The position numbers and the translations under genes are program-made. Below are positions 53,801-61,654 of a DNA stretch of 64,000 nt, piece after piece (position 1 is the stretch's first letter; each line of letters starts with the position of its first letter). The stretch is taken from assembly GCA_964561105.1 (NCBI GenBank), contig CAZLOH010000009.1, positions 22,679-86,678 of the forward strand, given 5' to 3'. Source of the stretch: an uncultured Bifidobacterium sp. GTDB lineage: Bacteria > Verrucomicrobiota > Verrucomicrobiia > Limisphaerales > JADLHS01. The notes below the pieces were generated by a model. That model had not been told where the DNA came from, ran no database searches, and saw only the letters and a list, made by a program, of their open reading frames with translations.

Positions 53801-55239
53801 CCATTGGAGATGTCGAGACTCCGGCGGCTTCGCTGGCGCTCACGGCCACGTCCAGCGCCCCGGGACTGTTGCCGGTGGCCAATATCGTGTTTGGCGGTAG
53901 CAGTAGTAATCGCACCGTCCGGGTTACCCCCGCCTCCGGTCAGACCGGCACGGCCACCGTTACCCTGACCGTTAATGACGGCCAGACCACGGCGTCCACG
54001 AGTTTTGTGGTGACTGTGCAACAAGCGACTTCGCAACTGTCCGTCACCAAGACCGGTGAAGGAACCGTCACGCCCGATCTGAACACCATGACCCTGGTGG
54101 TTGGCCAGAGCTACACGGTGACGGCCACACCGGCGACCGGCTATGAGTTCAAGGGCTGGACCGGGGGCATCATCTCCTCCGCGCCGACGTTGACCTTCGT
54201 CATGGCGAGCAATCTGGTGTTGCAAGCCAACTTCGTGGCCAGCCCCTATCTCGCGGCTTCGGCTACCTACAATGGATTGTTTAACGAAACCGCCGAGGTG
54301 CGGCTCAACAGTTCCGGCGCTTTTAATGTCTATGTGGGCACAAGCGGTGATTATTCCGGTTGGCTGCAGACGGGGTTCACGCGGTTTCCCTTCTCCGGCA
54401 AACTGGATTTGAACCTGCGGGGCACGAACGCCATCGCGCGCTGGAATTCCACAACGCTGACCGTGGAACTGGACTTCAGCAACGCAGGCCAATCCGGGTG
54501 GGTGGCGGGGCGTGTGACGGATGGAACTTGGAGCGCACCGTTGTCGGGTAGTCGCGCCACCGTTGCTTCGCCTTTCGCGGGTCAATACACCGTGGCGATT
54601 CCGGGATGGGTGGGCAGTGCGCGAATTCCGGCCGGAGATGGTTACGCCACCTTGTCGGTGGCGACGGATGGGTCGGCGACTCTGAGCGGCACGCTGGCCG
54701 ACGGGGCGCAGTTCATGCAAAGCGCCATCGTGTCGGACACTGGCAATCTGCCGGTGTATGTGTCGCTGTATTCGGCGCAAGGCGTAGTGATGAGCTGGTT
54801 GAACTTTGCCAATGTGAGCAGCAGCGATGTGAGCGGGCAATTGGTCTGGATCAAACAAGCGGGCGCGAGCGCGGCGAGTTATCCACTCGGATTCACCAAC
54901 TCGACCAAGGCGGTGGGTTCGTTGTACGTGGCGCCGGCGGCGTCCGACAAGGCGGTGAATCTCTCCTCCGCTTCCGTGGGCTTCTTCGGCGGCGAACTCG
55001 CCGCCAACTTCAGCAACGCCGTGAGCGTGAACGCGGGCAGTCAGGTGGTGAACCTGAGTCCGAGCGCGATGACCCTCGGCATCACGACGGGTGCGGGGAC
55101 ATTTGCGGGGCAGGTGGTGGATCCGGCGACCGGCGTGACGCATAACTTTGGCGGCGTGTTGTTGCAAAAGCAAAATACCGGTTATGGCTTCATGTCCGGA
55201 GTCAGTGCCAGCAGCCGGGTAGTTTTCGGCGCACCGTAA
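50866..55239 (+). CDS. Giant secreted repeat protein: FN3, 9 cadherin-like 106-aa repeats, InlB-B-repeat-like domain, and a C-terminal region of about 370 aa
   Basis: FN3 'VVLAWDASPDATAVGYRIYYG...TYYFAAKAYN'. Repeats 'N.APTL..I....I.EDAG.QTVNL.GI..GAANE.QTL.VTATSSNP.LIPNP.VNYTSPN..GSL.FTP.AN.NGTA.ITVTVNDGQ..NNT..R.F.V.V..V'. 'TATPATGYEFKGWTGG'. Likely GTG start at 50866, 8 nt after 'aaaggag'; the ORF is open from 50812. Confidence 0.85.
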   Translation: MVRRKVRIAMAVSCLMIFPQIPSFAAGSVVLAWDASPDATAVGYRIYYGVASGNYTNSATVGNVTNATLTGLADGVTYYFAAKAYNSIGDESIFSNETSYSVPGANVPPTLNAISALSLNEDAGLQTVNLAGISSGSVNETQTLTVTATSSNPSLIPNPTVNYTSPNAAGSLSFTPVTGANGSATVTVTVNDGQAANNTFTRTFVVTVNAVNNAPTLAAVNDVTVAEDAGAQTVNLSGISSGAANEAQTLNITATSSNPGLIPNPSVNYTSPNGTGSLRFTPVANQNGTAVITVTVNDGQSLNNTVSRIFTVTVNPVNDAPTLNVLNNLSIAQNAGNQIVDLAGITSGAANEAQTLAVTVSSSNPGLIPTPTVTYLSPNATGSLSFTPVANANGTATITVTVNDGQAQNNTFTRTFTVNVAVVNVAPTLAAIGNVTVNEDAGVQTVNLSGIGTGSGTEVQTLTVTATSSDPSVIPNPTVNYTSPNASGSLTFTPAANANGTATITVTVDDGQSANNTVSRTFQVTVNPVNDAPTLNALNPLNIAESAGLQTVPLAGISSGAANESQTLTITAVSSDPSVVPNPAVSYSSPNSTGNLTFTPVANVSGTATITVTVNDGQTANNTISRSFTVSVSEVNNAPTLAAISNLSINEDAGVQTVNLAGIGTGAAGEAQTLTVTATSSNPGLIPNPAVNYTSPNATGSLSLTAAANSNGTAIITVTVNDGQALNNTVSRTFTVSVNAVNDAPTLSPISNVTINEDAGAQTVNFGGISTGAANESQTLTVTATSSNPGLIPNPTVNYSSPNGAGSLNFTPVANGNGPAVITVTVHDGQAANNSVTQTFTVTVTPVNDAPTLNNINPLTIAENAGLQTVSLTGIGTGAANETQTLTITATSSDPGKVPNPTVNYTSPNASGSLTFTPASNANGNVTITVTVNDSQSANNTITRTFGVTITSVNSAPTISSVANQTVVSGTSSAPLNVTIGDVETPAASLALTATSSAPGLLPVANIVFGGSSSNRTVRVTPASGQTGTATVTLTVNDGQTTASTSFVVTVQQATSQLSVTKTGEGTVTPDLNTMTLVVGQSYTVTATPATGYEFKGWTGGIISSAPTLTFVMASNLVLQANFVASPYLAASATYNGLFNETAEVRLNSSGAFNVYVGTSGDYSGWLQTGFTRFPFSGKLDLNLRGTNAIARWNSTTLTVELDFSNAGQSGWVAGRVTDGTWSAPLSGSRATVASPFAGQYTVAIPGWVGSARIPAGDGYATLSVATDGSATLSGTLADGAQFMQSAIVSDTGNLPVYVSLYSAQGVVMSWLNFANVSSSDVSGQLVWIKQAGASAASYPLGFTNSTKAVGSLYVAPAASDKAVNLSSASVGFFGGELAANFSNAVSVNAGSQVVNLSPSAMTLGITTGAGTFAGQVVDPATGVTHNFGGVLLQKQNTGYGFMSGVSASSRVVFGAP
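51181..54042 (+). repeat. Nine tandem 318-bp coding repeats (8 close copies plus 1 divergent), with a 636-bp super-period
   Basis: Repeat unit boundaries fall exactly every 318 nt (51181, 51499, ... 53725). Antisense ORFs recur every 636 nt (51351, 51987, 53259). Confidence 0.9.
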
Positions 55240-55293
55240 ATTCAGATTTTCGGCTCAATTTCCTAAATCGTTGTATGACCTAGAGGACGCGAC

Positions 55294-58200
55294 GTGACAG
55301 TCACCAAGTGGCGGACAACGGGAGCGCTTCGCGCCAGACAGGCCGGGGGCTTCCGCAAAAGGGTGAGGTGCCGACGGTCGGGTAAAGTTTGCCTGGCCGT
55401 TGCGCTTTTTGCTTGCCTGGTCGCGAGCGCAGCGCGGACGGAGTCTCAAAAACTCCGGGTCAACGACCCGCAACTGACAAAGGAGTTGATCGGTCGTGGC
55501 GGCAAACTCGTGGCCGACTACGGCGGCTTTCAGGTGGTTGAAATGGAAGCGTCGGCGGACACGGCGCGCGGGGCGAAGTTGCAAGTCACGCAGGACGCGG
55601 ATGTACTCGAACTCAACGCGACGAAGCTCAACACCCGCTCCACCTTCGCGCGAAGTTTGCGCCGGCCCGTCGGCAATTTCGTCGGTCGTAAATTGCACCT
55701 GATCCAGTTCGCCGGGCCGATCAAACCAGAATGGCGGACGATGCTCGAAACGGCGGGCGCGCGAATTATCAGTTACATCCCCAACAACGCCTACCTGATC
55801 TACGCCCGGGCGGGCGCGTTGGCAAAAATCCAATCTTGGGCGGCGGTGACGAACTCGGTGCAGTGGGAGGGCGAGTATGCCAACGAATTCAAGCTTGATC
55901 CTGCGGCAAGACTGACCGATGCCAACGGTCTGCCGCAGACCCCGGATTCGGACCTCTTTGCCGTCCAAATCGTAACTGATCCGTCCGCCAACTCGAATAC
56001 TGTGGCGCTGATTGAACAGTGGAAACGGGAACCGATTCGGCGCGATTTCCGCGTATTGCAGTATCGCAATTTCATCGTTCGGTTGCCCGCCGAACGATTG
56101 CCGGACATCGCCGCGCAACCGGATGTTGTTTCCATCCAGCCATACGTGGACCCGCAAAAGCGCGATGAACGTCAGGATCAAATCATCGCCGGCAATCTGA
56201 CCGGCGCGCTGCCCAGCACCCCCGGCTATCTGTCGTGGCTCGCCGACAAGGGATTTACCCAGGAGCAGTTTGATGCCTCGGGGTTTGTCGTGGACGTGAC
56301 CGATAGCGGTATTGACAACGGGACGTTGGCTCCCGGTCACTTCGGCTTGTATCGGCTCGGTAATCCGGCGTCGGCCAGCCGGGTGGCCTATAATCGCGTG
56401 ATCGGAACACCGCACCCGGGGAGTACTGCGGCGGGGTTGGATGGTCATGGCAATCTTAACGCTCACATCGTGGCCGGCTACAATAATTACGATGGCTTTC
56501 CGCACGCGGATGCGGCCGGATTCCGTTACGGATTGGGCGTGTGCCCGTTTGTGCGGATTGGAGCGTCGGTGGTCTTCGATCCCGATGCGTTCACAAGTCC
56601 GGATTACGCCGACCTGCAATCACGCGCTTACGCCGACGGTGCGCGAATCAGCGCGAACAGTTGGGGTATGAGCAACAATACTTACACGGTGGACGCGCAG
56701 GCGTTCGACGCCCTGGTCCGTGACGCGCAACCGGACGGGTCAGCCTTTGCGTCGCCGGGCAATCAGCAAATGGTACTTCTCTTCGCTGCCGGCAATCAGG
56801 GGTCCACTCCGAATTCAGTCGGCGCGCCCGGCACGGCCAAGAACGTCATCACGGTTGGCGCTTCCGAAAATGTCCGTTCCTTGAACTCGGCAAATGGCGG
56901 CAGTGGTTCGATGGGAAATGACGGGTGCGGTTTCAGCGACGCCATCGCGGATGGCGCGCTGGACCTCGCGGCGTTTTCCAGCCGCGGTCCGTGCAGCGAT
57001 GGCCGGCAGAAACCGGACCTAGTGGCGCCCGGTTCGCACGTCACCGGCGGTGTGGCGCAGAGCGCAACCGGCACGAATGGCAGCGGGACGGCCCTGGCAG
57101 GGTTCAAAGCTTCCAGTCTCTGTGCTTTGAAGGACAGCGGCATCGCGGGCAGTGAGTACAATTTCTTCCCTCTGGGCCAGCAGTTCTACACCGTGTCCTC
57201 GGGAACCAGCCATGCGGTGCCCGCCGTTGCGGGAGCGTGTGCGTTGCTCCGGCAGTATTTTCTCAATCACGGTCTGGCTGCGCCGAGTCCCGCCATGACA
57301 AAGGCGTTCTTGATGAACTCGACGCGTTATCTCACCGGTGCGGGAGCGAACGACCCGCTCTGGTCGCCCGGGCAGGGCATGGGCGAATTGAACCTGGGCC
57401 GGTCGTTCGACGGCCTTGCGCGCATCTTGCGCGATCAACTCGCGGAGGACTTGTTCACCGCCTCGGGCCAGATGCGCGTTTTCACCGGGCGAATTTCCGA
57501 CCTGAGTCAGCCGGTTCGCATCACACTCGCCTGGACCGACGCCCCGGGCAGCACGACGGGCAACGCGTTCAACAACGATCTGGACTTGACTGTCACCTGC
57601 GGCACGAACACTTATCTCGGGAATAATTTCGGCGGTAAATTCTCCGTGCCGGGCGGCGATGCCGACGCGCGCAACAATGTCGAAAGCGTCTTTCTGCCGG
57701 CGGGCACATCCGGCGACCTCGTCGTGACGGTCACGGCCGCGAACATCAATTCCGATGGCGTGCCGAATTTTGGCACAAGCCTGGATCAGGATTTCGCGCT
57801 GGTGGTTTACAATGTGGCGGCCACAGCCACGCCGATCATTTCGACCGGCGGCAGCGCCGTGGTGGCGGAAACGTACTTTCCTACGAACGGCGTCGTGGAT
57901 GACGGCGAGACCGTGAGTGTCCGCGTCGCGCTGCAAAACACCGGCACGGCCTCCACGACGAACTTGATGGTGACCTTGCTCGCCACCAATGGTGTGAGCG
58001 CACCCAACGCGGCACAGAATTACGGCGTGCTGACGACCGCCGGCGAGACGGTGAGCCGGGTGTTCACTTTTATCGCCAGCGGAACCTGCGGCAGCAGCCT
58101 CCATCCGGTGCTGTCGCTCGTAGATGGGACAAACAGCCTCGGCTCGCTGACCTTGAGTCTGTCGGTGGGATTGACGACCTTGCAAACTACGGATTTCACC

Positions 58201-59625
58201 AACGCGGCGACAATCACGATTCCGGATAGCGGCCCGGCGCCGCTGTATCCCTCCATTCTCAACGTGAGCGGCCTCACTGGCGTGGTGACAAAGGTTACTG
58301 CCACGCTGCGGGGATACAGTCACTCGTGGCCGGATGACGTGGATGTGCTGCTGGTCGGTCCGGATGGTCAGAAAGTGCTGCTGATGTCCGATTGCGGCGG
58401 CGGTGGCGAGGTGAATGAGCTGACTTTGACTTTCGACGATGGCGCGCTGTCACCATTGTTGGATACCAGCACCTTTGCCGCCGGCAGCTACAAGCCCACA
58501 AATTTCGACACCGCGAGTGACAATTTTCCGTCGCCGGCGCCGGGTGCGCCCTTTGGTTCGACAATGTCGCTGTTCAACGGCAGAAACCCGAACGGCAACT
58601 GGTCGCTCTACGTGCAAGACGATGGATCATTGGATTCGGGCAGCATCACTCAAGGCTGGATTTTGAGCATCACCACCTCAAACCTCGTTTGCGCCAGCAG
58701 CGCGGGGAATGTCGCTGACCTTGGGGTAGCGCAAACCTTCAATCCCGTGACTGCTGCCGTCGGCAGTAATGTGACAGTGAGCATCAACTTGACGAACCAC
58801 GGGCCAAGCCCGGCCGCATTCGTGACGCTGACCAATGTTCTCCCCACGGGCCTGAGCTTTCTGTCCGCGAGCGCGTCATCGGGAATCGTGAGTCACACTG
58901 CGGGCGTGGTGTTTGACTCGCTCGGCCTCATCAATCCGGGCGAATCCATCAGCCTGACGATTCAAACGCTCGTCACCACTGCGGGCGTGTTGACCAACCA
59001 GATCCTGGCCGGGGCCGTCACCCTCGACCCGAACCTTGCGAACAACGTCGCGTTCCACTCTCTGGCGGTGGACGATCCGTCCAGTCAGGTCACGACGCAG
59101 CATGTGGCCTCCGTGACCAACACGGCGCCGCTGCTGCTGCCGATCCCGGATCGCATCGTACACGCGGGCAGCCTGGTGCTCGTAACCAATATCGTCACCG
59201 ATACGGATGCGACCAACGCGCTTACGTTCACCCTGGAGCCAGGCGCGCCTCCGGGCGCGACGATTGATGTGACGAACGGACTGTTTGCCTGGCTGACTTC
59301 GGATGCCATGGTCAACACCACCAATCTGATCGGCGTGCGCGTTACCGACGATGGCTCGCCGCCCTTGTCGGACGCGCGATCGTTTCTCGTCACGGTGGTT
59401 TCGCGACCTCTCATTGCGGGGATTGCGGTGAACAACGGACAGGTTTTCGTGGCGTGGAACTCGTTACCGGGGCAGATGTACCGGCTGGAGTACACCACCA
59501 ATCTGTTGCAGGGAAACTGGAGCGCCGCCTCGCCCGATCTCACGGCAACTGGCGCGGTGACGACGCAGACCAACGCGTTGACCTCCGCCGCGTGGCAGTT
59601 CTATCGTGTCCGAGTCCTGCCCTGA
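55294..59625 (+). CDS. Multidomain secreted subtilisin-like (S8) serine protease with P-domain, DUF11-type repeat, cadherin-like domain and a conserved C-terminal beta domain
   Basis: Catalytic triad contexts 'VVDVTDSGID', 'DGHGNLNAHIVAG', 'SGTSHAVPAVAGACALL'. P-domain 'WPDDVDVLLVGPDGQKVLL...NPNGNWSLYVQDD'. DUF11-like 'ADLGV...VTVSINLTNHGPSPA'. GTG start; signal 'VCLAVALFACLVASAA'. Confidence 0.9.
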   Translation: MTVTKWRTTGALRARQAGGFRKRVRCRRSGKVCLAVALFACLVASAARTESQKLRVNDPQLTKELIGRGGKLVADYGGFQVVEMEASADTARGAKLQVTQDADVLELNATKLNTRSTFARSLRRPVGNFVGRKLHLIQFAGPIKPEWRTMLETAGARIISYIPNNAYLIYARAGALAKIQSWAAVTNSVQWEGEYANEFKLDPAARLTDANGLPQTPDSDLFAVQIVTDPSANSNTVALIEQWKREPIRRDFRVLQYRNFIVRLPAERLPDIAAQPDVVSIQPYVDPQKRDERQDQIIAGNLTGALPSTPGYLSWLADKGFTQEQFDASGFVVDVTDSGIDNGTLAPGHFGLYRLGNPASASRVAYNRVIGTPHPGSTAAGLDGHGNLNAHIVAGYNNYDGFPHADAAGFRYGLGVCPFVRIGASVVFDPDAFTSPDYADLQSRAYADGARISANSWGMSNNTYTVDAQAFDALVRDAQPDGSAFASPGNQQMVLLFAAGNQGSTPNSVGAPGTAKNVITVGASENVRSLNSANGGSGSMGNDGCGFSDAIADGALDLAAFSSRGPCSDGRQKPDLVAPGSHVTGGVAQSATGTNGSGTALAGFKASSLCALKDSGIAGSEYNFFPLGQQFYTVSSGTSHAVPAVAGACALLRQYFLNHGLAAPSPAMTKAFLMNSTRYLTGAGANDPLWSPGQGMGELNLGRSFDGLARILRDQLAEDLFTASGQMRVFTGRISDLSQPVRITLAWTDAPGSTTGNAFNNDLDLTVTCGTNTYLGNNFGGKFSVPGGDADARNNVESVFLPAGTSGDLVVTVTAANINSDGVPNFGTSLDQDFALVVYNVAATATPIISTGGSAVVAETYFPTNGVVDDGETVSVRVALQNTGTASTTNLMVTLLATNGVSAPNAAQNYGVLTTAGETVSRVFTFIASGTCGSSLHPVLSLVDGTNSLGSLTLSLSVGLTTLQTTDFTNAATITIPDSGPAPLYPSILNVSGLTGVVTKVTATLRGYSHSWPDDVDVLLVGPDGQKVLLMSDCGGGGEVNELTLTFDDGALSPLLDTSTFAAGSYKPTNFDTASDNFPSPAPGAPFGSTMSLFNGRNPNGNWSLYVQDDGSLDSGSITQGWILSITTSNLVCASSAGNVADLGVAQTFNPVTAAVGSNVTVSINLTNHGPSPAAFVTLTNVLPTGLSFLSASASSGIVSHTAGVVFDSLGLINPGESISLTIQTLVTTAGVLTNQILAGAVTLDPNLANNVAFHSLAVDDPSSQVTTQHVASVTNTAPLLLPIPDRIVHAGSLVLVTNIVTDTDATNALTFTLEPGAPPGATIDVTNGLFAWLTSDAMVNTTNLIGVRVTDDGSPPLSDARSFLVTVVSRPLIAGIAVNNGQVFVAWNSLPGQMYRLEYTTNLLQGNWSAASPDLTATGAVTTQTNALTSAAWQFYRVRVLP

Positions 59626-59724
59626 AACCGCTGGAGTGCCCGCTACGCGCTCCCGTGTAATCCGGTGCGGTATTATCTGCCAGCTTGCCTCGTTGGCCGG
59701 GCTGCCTCCAAACCATCCAACAGT

Positions 59725-61191
59725 TCACGCCATCAATTCCTCCACCACTTTTCCATGCACGTCGGTCAGCCGGAAATGGCGACCTTGATGGAAGTAGGTC
59801 AGCCGTTCGTGATCCACGCCCAGCAAGCGCAACATGGTGGCGTGTAGATCGTGAACATGAACGCCATCCTTGGCGATGTTGTAGCTGAACTCATCCGTCT
59901 CGCCATAAACCAAACCCGGCTTTGCGCCGCCGCCGGCCATCCAGGTGGTGAAGCAGCGCGGATGGTGGTCGCGCCCGTAATTGTCCGCCGTCAGTTTGCC
60001 TTGGGAATAGCTGGTGCGCCCAAACTCGCCGCCCCATACCACCAGCGTGTCGTCGAGCAGCCCGCGCTGCTTGAGGTCGGTGATGAGCGCGGCGCTCGCT
60101 TGGTCGGTTTCGTTGCACTGAACCTTGATCGCCCGGGGCAGGTCGCCGTGTTGATCCCAGCCCTGATGATAAAGCTGGATGAACTTTACGCCCTTTTCCG
60201 CGAGCCGCCGGGCCAGCAGACAGTTCGCCGCGAACGTGCCCGGCTTGCGCGAGTCCGGCCCGTAGAGATCAAAAGTCTCCGGTCGCTCCTGGCTCAAATC
60301 CATCACGCCCGGCACGCTCGATTGCATCCGATACGACATCTCGTATTGCGCGATGCGCGCGTCAATCTCCGTATCACCCAGTTTGTCCGCAGCGTGTTGA
60401 TGCAATTCATTCAACCGATCCAGCAGCAAACGCCGGCTCTCGGAGGTGACGCCGTCTGGATTGTTGAGATACAACACCGGTTCCTTGCCGCTGCGGAACT
60501 GCACGCCTTGATATTCCGAGGGAAGAAATCCGCTGCCCCACAACCGCGCGTAGAGCGGTTGATCCACCTTGCCCGGAGTGATGAGCACGACGAACGCCGG
60601 GAGATTTTCATTATCGCTGCCCAAACCATAGTGAATCCACGAGCCCATGCTGGGCCGGCCGGAAATCTGCGAGCCGGTCTGGAAGAACGTGATCGCCGGA
60701 TCGTGATTGATGGCTTCGGTGTACATCGAACGCACGAGACATAAATCGTCCACGACCCTCGCGGTGTGGGGCAACAGCTCGCTGACCCACGCGCCACTCC
60801 TGCCATGCTGCGCGAATTTATAGACCGAGCCCGCCAGCGGCAGGGAGGATTGATTGCCCGACATGCCAGTGAGCCGCTGACCTTGCCGGACTGAGTCCGG
60901 CAACTGCTCGCCGTTGCGTTGATTCAGGAGCGGCTTGTAGTCAAACGTCTCCAACTGCGATGGCCCGCCCGCCATGAAGAGATAAATCACGCGCCGGGCC
61001 TTCGCCGGGAAATGGAGCTGGCCGTTGAGTATGCCGCGATCGGGATTGTCATTGGCTGCCGCCGCGAAGAGGCGGGTGGGGTTCATCAGGCTGGCGAGCG
61101 CGACGCCGCCCAGCCCCATGCCAAAGCGATTCAGAAAACCACGCCGCGAAAGTCCTGCGGCGGGGATTGGGCCAGTGCAGATGGAGTTCAT
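59725..61191 (-). CDS. DUF1501 domain protein (sulfatase-fold, Tat signal)
   Basis: Tat-like '[21 protein letters not shown]'. '[17 protein letters not shown]', 'GGEFGRT', 'GRDHHP'. Confidence 0.85.
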   Translation of the reverse strand: MNSICTGPIPAAGLSRRGFLNRFGMGLGGVALASLMNPTRLFAAAANDNPDRGILNGQLHFPAKARRVIYLFMAGGPSQLETFDYKPLLNQRNGEQLPDSVRQGQRLTGMSGNQSSLPLAGSVYKFAQHGRSGAWVSELLPHTARVVDDLCLVRSMYTEAINHDPAITFFQTGSQISGRPSMGSWIHYGLGSDNENLPAFVVLITPGKVDQPLYARLWGSGFLPSEYQGVQFRSGKEPVLYLNNPDGVTSESRRLLLDRLNELHQHAADKLGDTEIDARIAQYEMSYRMQSSVPGVMDLSQERPETFDLYGPDSRKPGTFAANCLLARRLAEKGVKFIQLYHQGWDQHGDLPRAIKVQCNETDQASAALITDLKQRGLLDDTLVVWGGEFGRTSYSQGKLTADNYGRDHHPRCFTTWMAGGGAKPGLVYGETDEFSYNIAKDGVHVHDLHATMLRLLGVDHERLTYFHQGRHFRLTDVHGKVVEELMA

Positions 61192-61192
61192 T

Positions 61193-61654
61193 TTAGTTCG
61201 TTTTTGTTGATCCTAACGAATTGACTGAGGCCTTAATCAGCGATAGGTCTCGAACCAATCTTCCGTCTGAATTACCGTCATACCATCCTTGATAGAGTGC
61301 TTGCGCAACCAATGGTTCATCTTCCCGATAGACTTGGTCTCGCAACCACCCTTGGCCGGTCACTTGCACGTAAGCATAACCAACTTGATACCAATGCACG
61401 TATACTTTGCGCGCTTCCAAATGCTTTTCGAACCAATGATTCGTCGGTTCAGGGGACGTCTCAGCAGCCAAGAGAATGTCATCGCACATTCTCGGCGGAA
61501 CATTTGATAACAGCAGAGTGGGGGTGAACGGAGGTGGACTTTCGGTGGCGCGCTGCTGTGTTGGTAGCGTACACCCCAAATGAAGAATCGCCGCAGTCAA
61601 GCTCAGGCATAACCAGACCAACGGACCGATCGGTTGTTTTGCAGAGTGCCTCAT
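61193..61654 (-). CDS. Small low-GC lipoprotein, function unknown
   Basis: Lipobox 'AAILHLGC'. ATGA overlap with the DUF1553 stop, and its own stop lies 1 nt before the DUF1501 ATG. Hand count of 61193..61292 gives about 42% GC, against about 61% for 60971..61070. Confidence 0.65.
   Translation of the reverse strand: MRHSAKQPIGPLVWLCLSLTAAILHLGCTLPTQQRATESPPPFTPTLLLSNVPPRMCDDILLAAETSPEPTNHWFEKHLEARKVYVHWYQVGYAYVQVTGQGWLRDQVYREDEPLVAQALYQGWYDGNSDGRLVRDLSLIKASVNSLGSTKTN

Noticed and set aside
51181-54042. Regular 318-bp periodicity that could be mistaken for a CRISPR-like or satellite array.
   Set aside because: The units are contiguous with no unique spacers, are far longer than CRISPR repeats, and form one continuous reading frame encoding 106-aa domains. 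No cas genes are present.
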